NCBI GenBank assembly: GCA_045124015.1
Contig: JBGVLA010000134.1
Span: forward strand, 1-60,179
Source: Eubacteriales bacterium
Lineage (GTDB): Bacteria > Bacillota > Clostridia > Oscillospirales > CAG-272
Length of the DNA: 60,179 nt
Direction of reading: 5' to 3'
Shown here piece by piece: positions 9,901 to 17,301 of this stretch. The notes beneath the pieces were generated by a model. It was given only the letters and a program-made list of their open reading frames with translations, searched no databases and was not told the DNA's origin. Within the stretch, counting starts at the first letter, position 1. Each line of letters opens with the position of its first letter. The position numbers and the translations under genes are program-made.

Positions 9901-10696
9901 ATTTGCAACCTATGCAAAGACTTCTGACGAATACAAGAACGTTTGCAACAACCTTAGAAAAGAATATAAGAAGCTCTTGATCGAAATCTTCGGCAAGACA
10001 ACTTATGAGAAGGGCGAAACCGGTATCACCAATGCCGTTCTTCTTGAAACCCTCTTTGATCACTTCCTTGAAGAAGAGATCCAGGTAAATGACAAGATGT
10101 GCGAACTCGTTGATATCGATTACGAGACCTTTGCAGAAGCAGAAGTACAGATGGAAAACTACGATATGTATATCGGTACCATGAAGACCATGTTCGTATA
10201 TACACTTCGTACCAAGTACACCACTTCTCAGATCGACAAGTGGACATACGAGGAAGCAGAAACCAATCTTTACAATCTTCTTTACGAAACCGGCTTCTAC
10301 ACCAACGAACTTGCTCAGTATATCGGTCTTAGCCTTAGTGAATACATGCTTGCTAAGAGTAACGCGACCACATATTTGGGCTATTTGAATACACTCGTTA
10401 AAGCACTTTCCGCAGATCTCCAGGCGAAGGGTTACAATACCACTGAGCTTCTCAAGGAATCCGGTGCTGACATCGAAGCAATCTGCCTCGAAATTATTCT
10501 TGAAAAATACTACAGCGATAAAGTGGACATTTACGAAGTTCTTCTCGAAAATTGCGCTAAGTATGTTCAGGGTATTGAAACAGCAACCGACCTCGAAGCT
10601 TATCTCGCTGCTGCAAAAGAAGCAACCGGCAATGATTACTTCTACATGGCAGTTGTAAATGCTCTCCAGAGTGATTGGGTAGAAAGCAAAGAGTAA
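6989..10696 (+). CDS. Giant (1,235 aa) acidic lipoprotein with solute-binding-protein-like modules; function unknown.
   Basis: Lipobox signal MMKRIISLVLCLGMIAGALLMAGC, with a GGGAGG SD upstream. The N-terminal ~550 aa resembles LplA-type extracellular SBPs. Internal PstS/PBP-like motifs are present (FIEFARSKEGQAILSSIGY; ISLIPNTGTTL..AYMAMYPEVTF). The C-terminal ~450 aa looks helical and is Y/E/L-rich. Confidence 0.8.
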   Translation: MMKRIISLVLCLGMIAGALLMAGCESESTPKTSDEALPMTLNFVGITEDTTTPEAIDATEEALNKIFKTEFKTKIELTLVTADEYIALVEERVAEAEQAKTRLAAISKYNSMAQKIANQLEKANSDTDNKGLFSKWTQNAKVVEASTLSTGTVYTAEQTTVYEDGKIETVYPNATSPIDILMIDGKEMYDYLDEKGYLLSIADKLTTEFTKFKQYIYPTFFEQLEIITDDIKAIPNNNLLAEYTYLVVDKELADKYDLDVDAIDTYDDLDVGGAGFLSQVSANENVTALATEPEALGIYKYFEGDVAVGTYYNPIYGYDPAEGTDFTIRNLFDIPEYTNHLLLMDTYRKNGYFTAKSEDFAVNVVKGDASLPAEYGNDYYVKVLQNPFVDMDAIFDGMLAVSEYTANETRALQIIQAINTDPEVKNILQYGIAYDGENDNVANYRVDEVTSEDGKTGYTITRLNNNYMMDNSLTGNVYMGYPEEGQIFDIMDYYKQTNLDSGLAPFMHYYVSDEDLDGMLKEILRRACLTEAFDPIGMSYNEYERLNGTTQGNSMRREFKLAYIEFFVDCLVAEGTVASDPLYFVTKGAGSALDNDFIEFARSKEGQAILSSIGYTAIDKNAAPYVKKDSMSGKISLIPNTGTTLISYVESLMTKLSEAYMAMYPEVTFEFLERDQNDGYKGDLLRIDGTKYTLGISDRDLTTAEENSSLNLTTNKVATSYLKVFNNDSHETYRASWYEEKMIEKITAEKYATIISKAELDNVAKNKLAALCGIDLSRYPVATRPASESIVLSTARASAANYYTNLEYLRIMADELLFTDEESAKYANLKGSDYENAVFEYVRANYETKNNLTEEDYVKLVQDFMVSVLEYTSPEDKTTKYTVSWDEFQETKANAQVYIEAATKIKEAYNSKLTTKVSAGLLKLYSLPEIIDVVYDVMYDEYLAENGLDKADFENTIKDVYLTEVGSSAEEFATYAKTSDEYKNVCNNLRKEYKKLLIEIFGKTTYEKGETGITNAVLLETLFDHFLEEEIQVNDKMCELVDIDYETFAEAEVQMENYDMYIGTMKTMFVYTLRTKYTTSQIDKWTYEEAETNLYNLLYETGFYTNELAQYIGLSLSEYMLAKSNATTYLGYLNTLVKALSADLQAKGYNTTELLKESGADIEAICLEIILEKYYSDKVDIYEVLLENCAKYVQGIETATDLEAYLAAAKEATGNDYFYMAVVNALQSDWVESKE

Positions 10697-10728
10697 TTTA
10701 GTATTGATCATTTCGATCCGATATCATG

Positions 10729-10761
10729 AAAAGGCATCCGCATAAGCGGATGCCTTTTTTT
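10729..10761 (+). terminator. Intrinsic terminator after the giant lipoprotein gene
   Basis: aaaaggcatccgc-ataa-gcggatgcc followed by ttttttt. Confidence 0.8.
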
Positions 10762-10810
10762 GTTTTAATGAATGATACGAACTTCGCTGTTTCGCCTTCT
10801 TGTGAATGAA

Positions 10811-10843
10811 AAATACCGCAAAAACGATTTGCGGTATTTTTTC
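10811..10843 (+). terminator. Second (tandem) terminator hairpin
   Basis: ataccgcaaa / tttgcggtat stem followed by a T-run. Confidence 0.6.
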
Positions 10844-10908
10844 TTTTTGGTGCATACAAATGCGGACAAGAACATATATATGAAGCAAAAAGAAAGAGGT
10901 GAAAAAGC

Positions 10909-11829
10909 TTGGATGAACAGCTCATGAAGATCTTAAAATATATGCCACGCAAGGTGAGCAATGCTATTCAAAATTTTGCGCAACTTATCGCAGGACAAAC
11001 TTGCTATATCAGTGAAATTCGTTTACGTGCCGATGCGCCGATGTCCGTTACCTTCGAAGAAAGAAACGTGATGCGGTTTTCCGGAGAGTTTATCATATGC
11101 AATGAGGATGAGATCGCACAAACGCTTCAAAGGCTTTGTGAGGATTCCGTGCATACATATAGCGAGAGCTTGAAGGATGGATATGTGATTCTTGAGAATG
11201 GATATCGGATCGGTGTTTGCGGAAGGGTGGGACTTGAGGGCGAAAGCATCAAAAGTGTATACGGCATGACGTCGCTATCCATCCGAATTCCGCATCCTGT
11301 CAGTGGGATCTCCTGCGATTTGATGCCGTATCTTTATCATAAAAGCGGCAAAATTGAAAGTACATTGATCTATTCAATTCCGAATGTTGGAAAAACGACT
11401 TTGATTCGTGATATTGCGGCGCGGATTTCCTCGGGGGCGCGAGCAAGGCGAACGGCTTTGATCGATACACGCGGTGAAATATATATGAAAAGTATGTTTT
11501 TGGAAAGCATCGTCGATGTGCTTCACGGGTATCCGCGTGCAAAGGGGATCGAGATTGCGACGCGAACGCTTTCGCCCGAGGTGATTTTTTGCGACGAGAT
11601 CGGCTCCGCGGAGGAGGCGCGTGCGATTCTCTCTGCGGAAAATAGTGGCGTTCCTTTGATCGCTACGGCGCACGCGGATACGCTTGAGAATCTTTTGAAA
11701 CGCCCGAATATCAGAATACTATATGAAGCGGAAATTTTTCGGTATTATGTCGGACTTTCCAGAAAGGATGGATCGAAGCAATTTTCTTACGATATCTATG
11801 ATACGAAAAAAAGCGAGGTGTCGGTATGA
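10909..11829 (+). CDS. spoIIIAA: Stage III sporulation protein AA (ATPase)
   Basis: Walker A IPNVGKTTLIRDIA, size about 306 aa, and first gene of an eight-gene spoIIIA-type array. The TTG start lies 7 nt after AGAGGTGA. Confidence 0.85.
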   Translation: MDEQLMKILKYMPRKVSNAIQNFAQLIAGQTCYISEIRLRADAPMSVTFEERNVMRFSGEFIICNEDEIAQTLQRLCEDSVHTYSESLKDGYVILENGYRIGVCGRVGLEGESIKSVYGMTSLSIRIPHPVSGISCDLMPYLYHKSGKIESTLIYSIPNVGKTTLIRDIAARISSGARARRTALIDTRGEIYMKSMFLESIVDVLHGYPRAKGIEIATRTLSPEVIFCDEIGSAEEARAILSAENSGVPLIATAHADTLENLLKRPNIRILYEAEIFRYYVGLSRKDGSKQFSYDIYDTKKSEVSV

Positions 11830-12329
11830 AATGGATCGGTGCGGCACTTTGCTTTGCAGTATCGGTCGCTTTGGGCATGACTGCAGGTAAAAAGGAGCGT
11901 GCTCGAACAGAGGAATGCTTTGCTTTTTTGACGCTTTTTACGTATATTCAAAATCAGATCGGTTATTTTTTTGCACCGACGAAGATGATCTATCGAAATA
12001 TCCAAAATGAAGTTTTGGAAGGTGTTGGCTTTTTGCGCGCGCTTGCAGAGCATGAAGATGATGAGGTATATTATAACGTTTGGCAAGAGGCGCTTGCTTC
12101 CTGCCGTGAACGACTGCATTTGACGAAGACGCAATTTGAGATCGTGGAATCCTTCGGGTCTTGCATCGGAAAAAGCAACGAGGATCTGCAGCTGAAAAGT
12201 TTGGCATATTACAAAGAAGCGCTGGCTTCGGAAGCGGAAAGACAGAAAACGGAAATGAAGAAAAATATCAAAATCTATCGCACGCTTGGCTTTGCAGTCG
12301 GTACGGCGGCGATGATTCTTGTTTTGTGA
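11826..12329 (+). CDS. spoIIIAB: Stage III sporulation protein AB
   Basis: ATGA overlap with AA. 167 aa with terminal TM helices. Called mainly from its position in the operon. Confidence 0.75.
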   Translation: MKWIGAALCFAVSVALGMTAGKKERARTEECFAFLTLFTYIQNQIGYFFAPTKMIYRNIQNEVLEGVGFLRALAEHEDDEVYYNVWQEALASCRERLHLTKTQFEIVESFGSCIGKSNEDLQLKSLAYYKEALASEAERQKTEMKKNIKIYRTLGFAVGTAAMILVL

Positions 12330-12339
12330 GGTGAAATGA

Positions 12340-12534
12340 ATGAATACGGAGCTGCTGTTGAAGGTTGCTGGGGTAGGTATCCTTGTTACCGTTGCGCATC
12401 AGATACTCAGTAAATCGGGTCGAGATGAGCAGGCGCTGATGGTTACACTATCCGGCATCATCATTGTGCTGATGATGCTCGTGCAGGAGCTGGGAGGGCT
12501 TTTCGATACCGTGAAAAGCATATTTGACCTGTGA
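12340..12534 (+). CDS. spoIIIAC: Stage III sporulation protein AC
   Basis: 64-aa two-TM protein, LLKVAGVGILVTVAHQIL. Confidence 0.8.
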   Translation: MNTELLLKVAGVGILVTVAHQILSKSGRDEQALMVTLSGIIIVLMMLVQELGGLFDTVKSIFDL

Positions 12535-12914
12535 GTATACTTGGAATTTGCGGTATTGCTTTGCTTGGGCTTGTGATCACCGTCGTTTTGCGCAGTTGTC
12601 GTCCGGATTTTGCGGTGTTTACAGGCATCATAACGGCGTTGATTCTATTAGGTGCTTCGGTGTCCTCGATCGCATCGGTCATTCGCTCGCTTGGAGAACT
12701 TTCAGAAGAGACAGGCTTCTCGGTATATACAACGATGATCCTGAAAACGCTTGGAATCGGTTTTCTTTCACAAATGACAGCGGATGTATGCCGCGAATGC
12801 GGTGCCGCATCCATCGCCGCCAAGGTTGAGTTTTCGGCAAAGATATTGATTTTGGCGCTTTGTATTCCTGTTTTGAAGACACTTCTTGGTTATATAGAGG
12901 GGTTTTTGGGATGA
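12531..12914 (+). CDS. spoIIIAD: Stage III sporulation protein AD
   Basis: GTGA overlap with AC. 127-aa polytopic membrane protein. Confidence 0.8.
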   Translation: MSILGICGIALLGLVITVVLRSCRPDFAVFTGIITALILLGASVSSIASVIRSLGELSEETGFSVYTTMILKTLGIGFLSQMTADVCRECGAASIAAKVEFSAKILILALCIPVLKTLLGYIEGFLG

Positions 12915-14014
12915 AGAAAAGATGGTGTGTGCTTATATGCGTGATCTGTGTGCTTGTCGTTGCCTCTTCGAGTGTCTTGGCGACCAATGCGGATTTGTCG
13001 GAAACGCCGAAAATCGACGTGGAAACGCCGAATGAACTATCGAAGTATCTTCCGTTTGATTTTGATGAAATGGATGCCGTAGAGATTCAAAATGCGTTTG
13101 ATTTTCGCTTTTTTTCGGAAATCGGTGTTCGAATATTGGTGGAAGCTGTTCCGGAAGCGGCAAGAAGCTTTGCGCTTTTGCTCGGGCTTTTCCTCGTATC
13201 CTCGTTATTACACGCAGTGAAAGGGACGTTGGCTGTGCCGACATTACAAACAGCGATGGATCTTGTCGGAATGCTTTGCATGGCGGCTGCGATTTTTGAG
13301 GTAACGGAGACGGCTTTTGGTTTTGCGGAATCCTATATTCGCACAGTATCCGATTTTTTGAAAGGCGTTACGCCGACGATGGCTGCGTTTATGGCAGCAA
13401 GCGGAAAATTTTCAACAGCGTCCGTTATTTCGGGCGTCATCATGCTTGCGGTCTCACTTTTGGAGAACGTAGCGTCCGGCGTGCTGTTTCCCTTGATACG
13501 CCTTTCGCTTTGCCTTTCTGTGGTGTCTGCGATTTTTGGAATAACGGGGGTCGGCGGAATTTCTCCTTATATCCGAAAGATCATTTCTTATATTTTCGGA
13601 TTTGTTACGCTCTGCCTTTCTGCGGTCTTGATGTTTCAGAATATGATTGCCAAAAGCACGGATTCTATGGCGATGAGGGGGATCAAATTTGCGGTGGGCA
13701 ATTTTATTCCTTTCGTCGGAGGTGCAGTCAACGAGGCGCTTTCAACGGTGATTGGCGGTCTGGGTACGATCAAAGCGGCGACAGGCGTCGTTGGTGCGGT
13801 CATCGTCGCTCTCCTTGCGGCGGTGCCCGTCATTCGTATTTTGCTTTATAAAATGTTTTTGGAGCTTTTGTCGTTTATGGCGGGGCTTTTGGGGCTTGGA
13901 AATGAGACACGCCTTATGGCGGAGATATCCTCGTTTCTCGGCTATACTGCCGCTATTATGGCGATCTCCGCTGTGTTTTTTGTTCTTGCGCTTTCTATGA
14001 TGGCAAGCGCATAG
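12911..14014 (+). CDS. spoIIIAE: Stage III sporulation protein AE
   Basis: ATGA overlap with AD; start at MKKRWCV. Signal peptide plus a multi-TM permease-like body. Confidence 0.85.
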   Translation: MKKRWCVLICVICVLVVASSSVLATNADLSETPKIDVETPNELSKYLPFDFDEMDAVEIQNAFDFRFFSEIGVRILVEAVPEAARSFALLLGLFLVSSLLHAVKGTLAVPTLQTAMDLVGMLCMAAAIFEVTETAFGFAESYIRTVSDFLKGVTPTMAAFMAASGKFSTASVISGVIMLAVSLLENVASGVLFPLIRLSLCLSVVSAIFGITGVGGISPYIRKIISYIFGFVTLCLSAVLMFQNMIAKSTDSMAMRGIKFAVGNFIPFVGGAVNEALSTVIGGLGTIKAATGVVGAVIVALLAAVPVIRILLYKMFLELLSFMAGLLGLGNETRLMAEISSFLGYTAAIMAISAVFFVLALSMMASA

Positions 14015-14024
14015 CGGAGGGAAT

Positions 14025-14522
14025 ATGAAGGATTTTATCGCATTTTTCGGAGAATTTATCGTTGTGATCGCAGTTGCAGGGATGCTTCTTGCTATGGCTC
14101 CGGATGGTTCTCAGAAAAAATATATTCATTTTGCAATTTCGCTGTCTGTTCTTTCGGCTTTGATCGGGCCGATGCTTTCCGTGGTCTCTGAACTGCCGGA
14201 AATATTGGAAAACGCAGAATTTTCTGTTGAGGTCGAGCAAACCGATCTGGAAGGGAATCTTGAGGATGCCGTGATCGCGGCAAGCAAGAGAAACATGGAG
14301 ACCTCTATTGCTTCTATGTTATCACAAAAATTTGAGATACCCGAAGAAAAGCTTCACGTTTCCGTTGTTTTGAATACAGACGATACGGCGAATATTGAAA
14401 TCATATCGGTGAACGTAAGCGCACAAGATACAATGTACATCGAAAGAGAGGAGATGCGGAAGTATTTGACGGAGATTTTGATGGATCATTGCAAGGTCGA
14501 TATTTCCGATGGAGAGAGATGA
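14025..14522 (+). CDS. spoIIIAF: Stage III sporulation protein AF
   Basis: Two N-terminal TM helices plus a soluble domain. Called from position in the operon. Confidence 0.7.
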   Translation: MKDFIAFFGEFIVVIAVAGMLLAMAPDGSQKKYIHFAISLSVLSALIGPMLSVVSELPEILENAEFSVEVEQTDLEGNLEDAVIAASKRNMETSIASMLSQKFEIPEEKLHVSVVLNTDDTANIEIISVNVSAQDTMYIEREEMRKYLTEILMDHCKVDISDGER

Positions 14523-15016
14523 GTTTTTGGGAAGGACTTTCGGGGAAGAAAAAAAGCTTTTTTCTTGTGGTCTTGGGCATCATCGGTGTTGCGCTGATGG
14601 TTTTTGGATCCATGCAGGAAAAGGATGACAAAAAAATAGCGGAAAATTTGGAAAAAAGTGATGCGACGCTGGAATATATCACGCTTATCGAGAATAAAAT
14701 CGGTAACATAGCAGAGCAGATCACAGGTTCGAGCCATGTTCGTGTCATTGTGAGCGTCGCAACGGGGAGTGAATTTCAATACATCTCCAATGAAGAGATC
14801 AAGGAGAATTTCACCTCTAAGGAATACATAACAGTGCGCACGGAGGACGGTGCGGATACGCCGATTCTGTTCAAGGAAATCTATCCCGAAATCGTTGGTG
14901 TTTCGGTCGCCTGCAAGGGAGGAGATTCTCCCGAGATACAAGCAAAGCTGATCAGCGTGATCTCAACCACGTACGGGCTTTCCAGCCATCGCATTTGTAT
15001 CGTTGGTATTCCGTAA
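14519..15016 (+). CDS. spoIIIAG: Stage III sporulation protein AG
   Basis: ATGA overlap with AF (start MSFWEGL). Single TM helix plus a ring-building-type domain. Called from position in the operon. Confidence 0.72.
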   Translation: MSFWEGLSGKKKSFFLVVLGIIGVALMVFGSMQEKDDKKIAENLEKSDATLEYITLIENKIGNIAEQITGSSHVRVIVSVATGSEFQYISNEEIKENFTSKEYITVRTEDGADTPILFKEIYPEIVGVSVACKGGDSPEIQAKLISVISTTYGLSSHRICIVGIP

Positions 15017-15068
15017 ACAGATAAGATCGAGATAGAAATAACATTTATTATTAAAGGAGAATTTTAAG

Positions 15069-15740
15069 ATGAGAAACGAAGAAAGAGCAGCCAAGAGAGC
15101 CAATACGGTGGAAGAGGAAACGAATATTTTGGAGCTTCCCGAAACGGAAGAAAAGAACTTCAAATTCAAAAGCTTTTTTGCAGGCGGAGAAAAGGTTTGG
15201 AAAAAATTTGGTGTACGTAATCTCGTGATCGTACTTTCCGTGCTTTTGATCGGTGTTGCGGTATACGTAAACTGGACATTGTTTGGCGGAGCGGACAATG
15301 TGGATGATCCGAAAGACGATCTTACAGGTGCGCAAACCAATGCTGATGGTGAAAATGGTTCTTCCACACCTGCGGATGGCGACCAAAATGACAACACCAG
15401 CTTTTTTGCAGCCTCCCAAATCGAACGTCAACGCGCTCGTGATGAAGCCATTGAGGTGCTTCAAAGCGTTGTTGATGATGCGAGTGCTCTTGATGTTGCA
15501 AAAGAGCAGGCACTTGCCGATATTGCTGCCATTGCCGCGACCATCGAAAGAGAAGCGAATATCGAATCTCTCATCAAAGCCAAGGGATTTGAAGAGTGTG
15601 TTGCCGTAATCAACGGCGATAAAGCCAATATCATCGTCAAAAGCGAAGGACTCAAGCCCAATGAGCTTTCTCAGATTCTTGAGATCGTTTACCTGCAAGC
15701 CGATATTCTTCCTGCGAACGTAACCATCTCCGAGAAGTAA
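15069..15740 (+). CDS. spoIIIAH: Stage III sporulation protein AH
   Basis: Last gene of the array. Charged N-terminus, one TM helix, C-terminal EECVAVINGDKANIIV-type domain. Confidence 0.7.
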   Translation: MRNEERAAKRANTVEEETNILELPETEEKNFKFKSFFAGGEKVWKKFGVRNLVIVLSVLLIGVAVYVNWTLFGGADNVDDPKDDLTGAQTNADGENGSSTPADGDQNDNTSFFAASQIERQRARDEAIEVLQSVVDDASALDVAKEQALADIAAIAATIEREANIESLIKAKGFEECVAVINGDKANIIVKSEGLKPNELSQILEIVYLQADILPANVTISEK

Positions 15741-15839
15741 CTTTTTCTTTTGGAACAAAGAAAAAGTTACCAAAAAGAAAGCATAGGCACTTTTTTGCCG
15801 CCAAAAAAGTGCCAAAAAACCGCGAGCTGAGCCAGCTCG
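15741..15839 (+). repeat. Three-hairpin intergenic repeat, copy A
   Basis: Contains ctttttcttttggaacaaagaaaaag, then caaaaagaaagcata, followed by two more hairpins (ggcacttttttg..caaaaaagtgcc and cgagctg-agc-cagctcg). It starts directly after the spoIIIAH stop. Confidence 0.6.
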
Positions 15840-15905
15840 ACCGCAATCTGTAAAATATGGCAAATGGTTTTCGAAAAAGAATAAAATTTTGATATTTCTA
15901 ATGAG

Positions 15906-15960
15906 AAAATCCTCCTGAATCTTCGACTAAGAAATGAAATCGAAAATTTAGGAGGATTTT
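15906..15960 (+). promoter_or_regulatory. SD-sequestering hairpin in the leader of the 15964 lipoprotein gene
   Basis: aaaatcctcct (15906-15916) is the perfect complement of aggaggatttt (15950-15960), which is the ribosome-binding site. Confidence 0.4.
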
Positions 15961-15963
15961 TCT

Positions 15964-16593
15964 ATGAAAAAGTTTATGCTTGTGCTGTTGGCGCTTACCA
16001 TGCTTGTTTCCATGACCGCTTGCAATCCGCCGTGGGAGCCGATTGCGGCAGAAAAACCGGTTATCTATCTCTACCCAGAGGAAGAGATGGACGTGAAAGT
16101 GTCGCTTTCGTATGACGGAAACATCATTTGCACATATCCTGAATACGGCGATGGCTGGTCTGTCGTCGCATCTCCCGACGGAATGCTTCACGATAAAAAG
16201 ACGGGCAAGGAATATTCTTATCTTTTTTGGGAGGGCGTTTCCGATGTTGCGTGGAATATGACTCGCGGTTACGTCGTAAAGGGAAGTGAAACAGCGATAT
16301 TTTTGGAAGAAACGCTCACAAAAATGGGACTTTCTTCCCGTGAACGCAACGATTTTATTACGTATTGGCTTCCGAGAATGGTAAATAACCCCTATAACCT
16401 CATCACGTTCCAAAACGAGCTTTATACCGAAAACGCGATCTTGAGCATTACCCCAACACCCGATAGCCTTCTCCGCGTATTTATGGTCTATCAGCCTCTT
16501 GAAAAGCCCATCGAGATCGAAGCACCCGAGATCAAGTCCTTTGAACGCGAAGGATTCACCGTCGTCGAATGGGGCGGTGCGGAACTCCAATAA
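15964..16593 (+). CDS. Small lipoprotein, function unknown
   Basis: Lipobox MKKFMLVLLALTMLVSMTAC. Strong AGGAGG SD and its own terminator. Confidence 0.8.
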   Translation: MKKFMLVLLALTMLVSMTACNPPWEPIAAEKPVIYLYPEEEMDVKVSLSYDGNIICTYPEYGDGWSVVASPDGMLHDKKTGKEYSYLFWEGVSDVAWNMTRGYVVKGSETAIFLEETLTKMGLSSRERNDFITYWLPRMVNNPYNLITFQNELYTENAILSITPTPDSLLRVFMVYQPLEKPIEIEAPEIKSFEREGFTVVEWGGAELQ

Positions 16594-16599
16594 ATATCA

Positions 16600-16628
16600 A
16601 AAAAGCTCCGAACATTCGGAGCTTTTCT
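16600..16628 (+). terminator. Intrinsic terminator
   Basis: agctccgaa-cat-tcggagct followed by tttctct. Confidence 0.75.
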
Positions 16629-16656
16629 CTATATGGCTACACACCGCAAAACGGGT

Positions 16657-16761
16657 CAAGGGACGAGTCCCTTGCAACTCTTTTGCTTCTTTTCTCTTTG
16701 GAGAGAAAAGAAGTGTATGCTTTCTTTTTGCGATGCTTTTTCTTTGTTTCAAAAGAAAAAG
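16657..16761 (-). repeat. Three-hairpin intergenic repeat, copy B (inverted relative to copy A)
   Basis: The reverse complement reads ctttttcttttgaaacaaagaaaaag..caaaaagaaagcata. That is 25/26 plus 15/15 identity to copy A, followed by two further hairpins of the same architecture. Confidence 0.6.
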
Positions 16762-16764
16762 CAG

Positions 16765-17232
16765 TCAATCGCGGGAGAGGACGAAATCGATAACGATGAG
16801 GATGGCGAGCAGCATTTCTTCATCTTCACCGTTGAAATTGTTGATCATGTAGCTATCGCCCCAGGTGAACCACTCTTTTGAGATCGAGGCAACGGGAGCA
16901 CCATCGCGCAGAATGGTGTAATCGTGTGAAAAAACGTCGCCTTCGACGGAGAAGGGTGAGCCGTCAATGCGGTATCTCGGATGGAAAAAAGAAAATTCCT
17001 TGACGATCTCTGCCGCGACCTCGCCGTTTCGGAAGATTTGATACGTGGGCAAGAACGAAAAGAATTTGGATTCCAAAGATAAAACTTCTTGGTTTTGTGC
17101 GTTATAGATGCGGAATGTTTTCGGAATGGAGAGCCATTCGCCCTCGACAAAGTAGCGATCATTGCCGAATTCATCCTTGACAGAGAAACGCTCGCCGAGA
17201 GAGAATATCTTTTGCTTGATGTAAAGACGCAT
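16765..17232 (-). CDS. LURP-one-related / DUF567 (tubby C-terminal-like) family protein
   Basis: MRLYIKQKIFSLGERFSVKDEFGNDRYFVEG pattern. AGGAGG lies upstream of the ATG at 17232. Confidence 0.7.
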   Translation of the reverse strand: MRLYIKQKIFSLGERFSVKDEFGNDRYFVEGEWLSIPKTFRIYNAQNQEVLSLESKFFSFLPTYQIFRNGEVAAEIVKEFSFFHPRYRIDGSPFSVEGDVFSHDYTILRDGAPVASISKEWFTWGDSYMINNFNGEDEEMLLAILIVIDFVLSRD

Positions 17233-17261
17233 AGTGTAAAACCTCCTTGACATAGATGGGG

Positions 17262-17292
17262 GTTAAAAACGCCCGCGTTTGCGGGCGTTTTA
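17262..17292 (-). terminator. Intrinsic terminator after the ABC ATPase gene
   Basis: On the minus strand: aaaacgcccgc-aaac-gcgggcg followed by ttttt. Confidence 0.75.
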
Positions 17293-17301
17293 TTGTAAAG
17301 A

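Noticed and set aside
7085-10711. 1,208-aa minus-strand ORF covering the whole giant lipoprotein gene
   Set aside because: It lies in the exact codon-complement phase of a sense gene that has a signal peptide, SD, promoter and terminators. It is open only because the sense gene lacks TTA/CTA/TCA. It has no SD or promoter of its own. It is a shadow ORF.
10833-10861. SigE-type promoter for the spoIIIA operon (CATACAAAT at 10853-10861)
   Set aside because: The -10 resembles CATACA-T, but the -35 region (GGTATTT) matches the SigE consensus poorly and overlaps a terminator hairpin. This is too weak to call as a feature.
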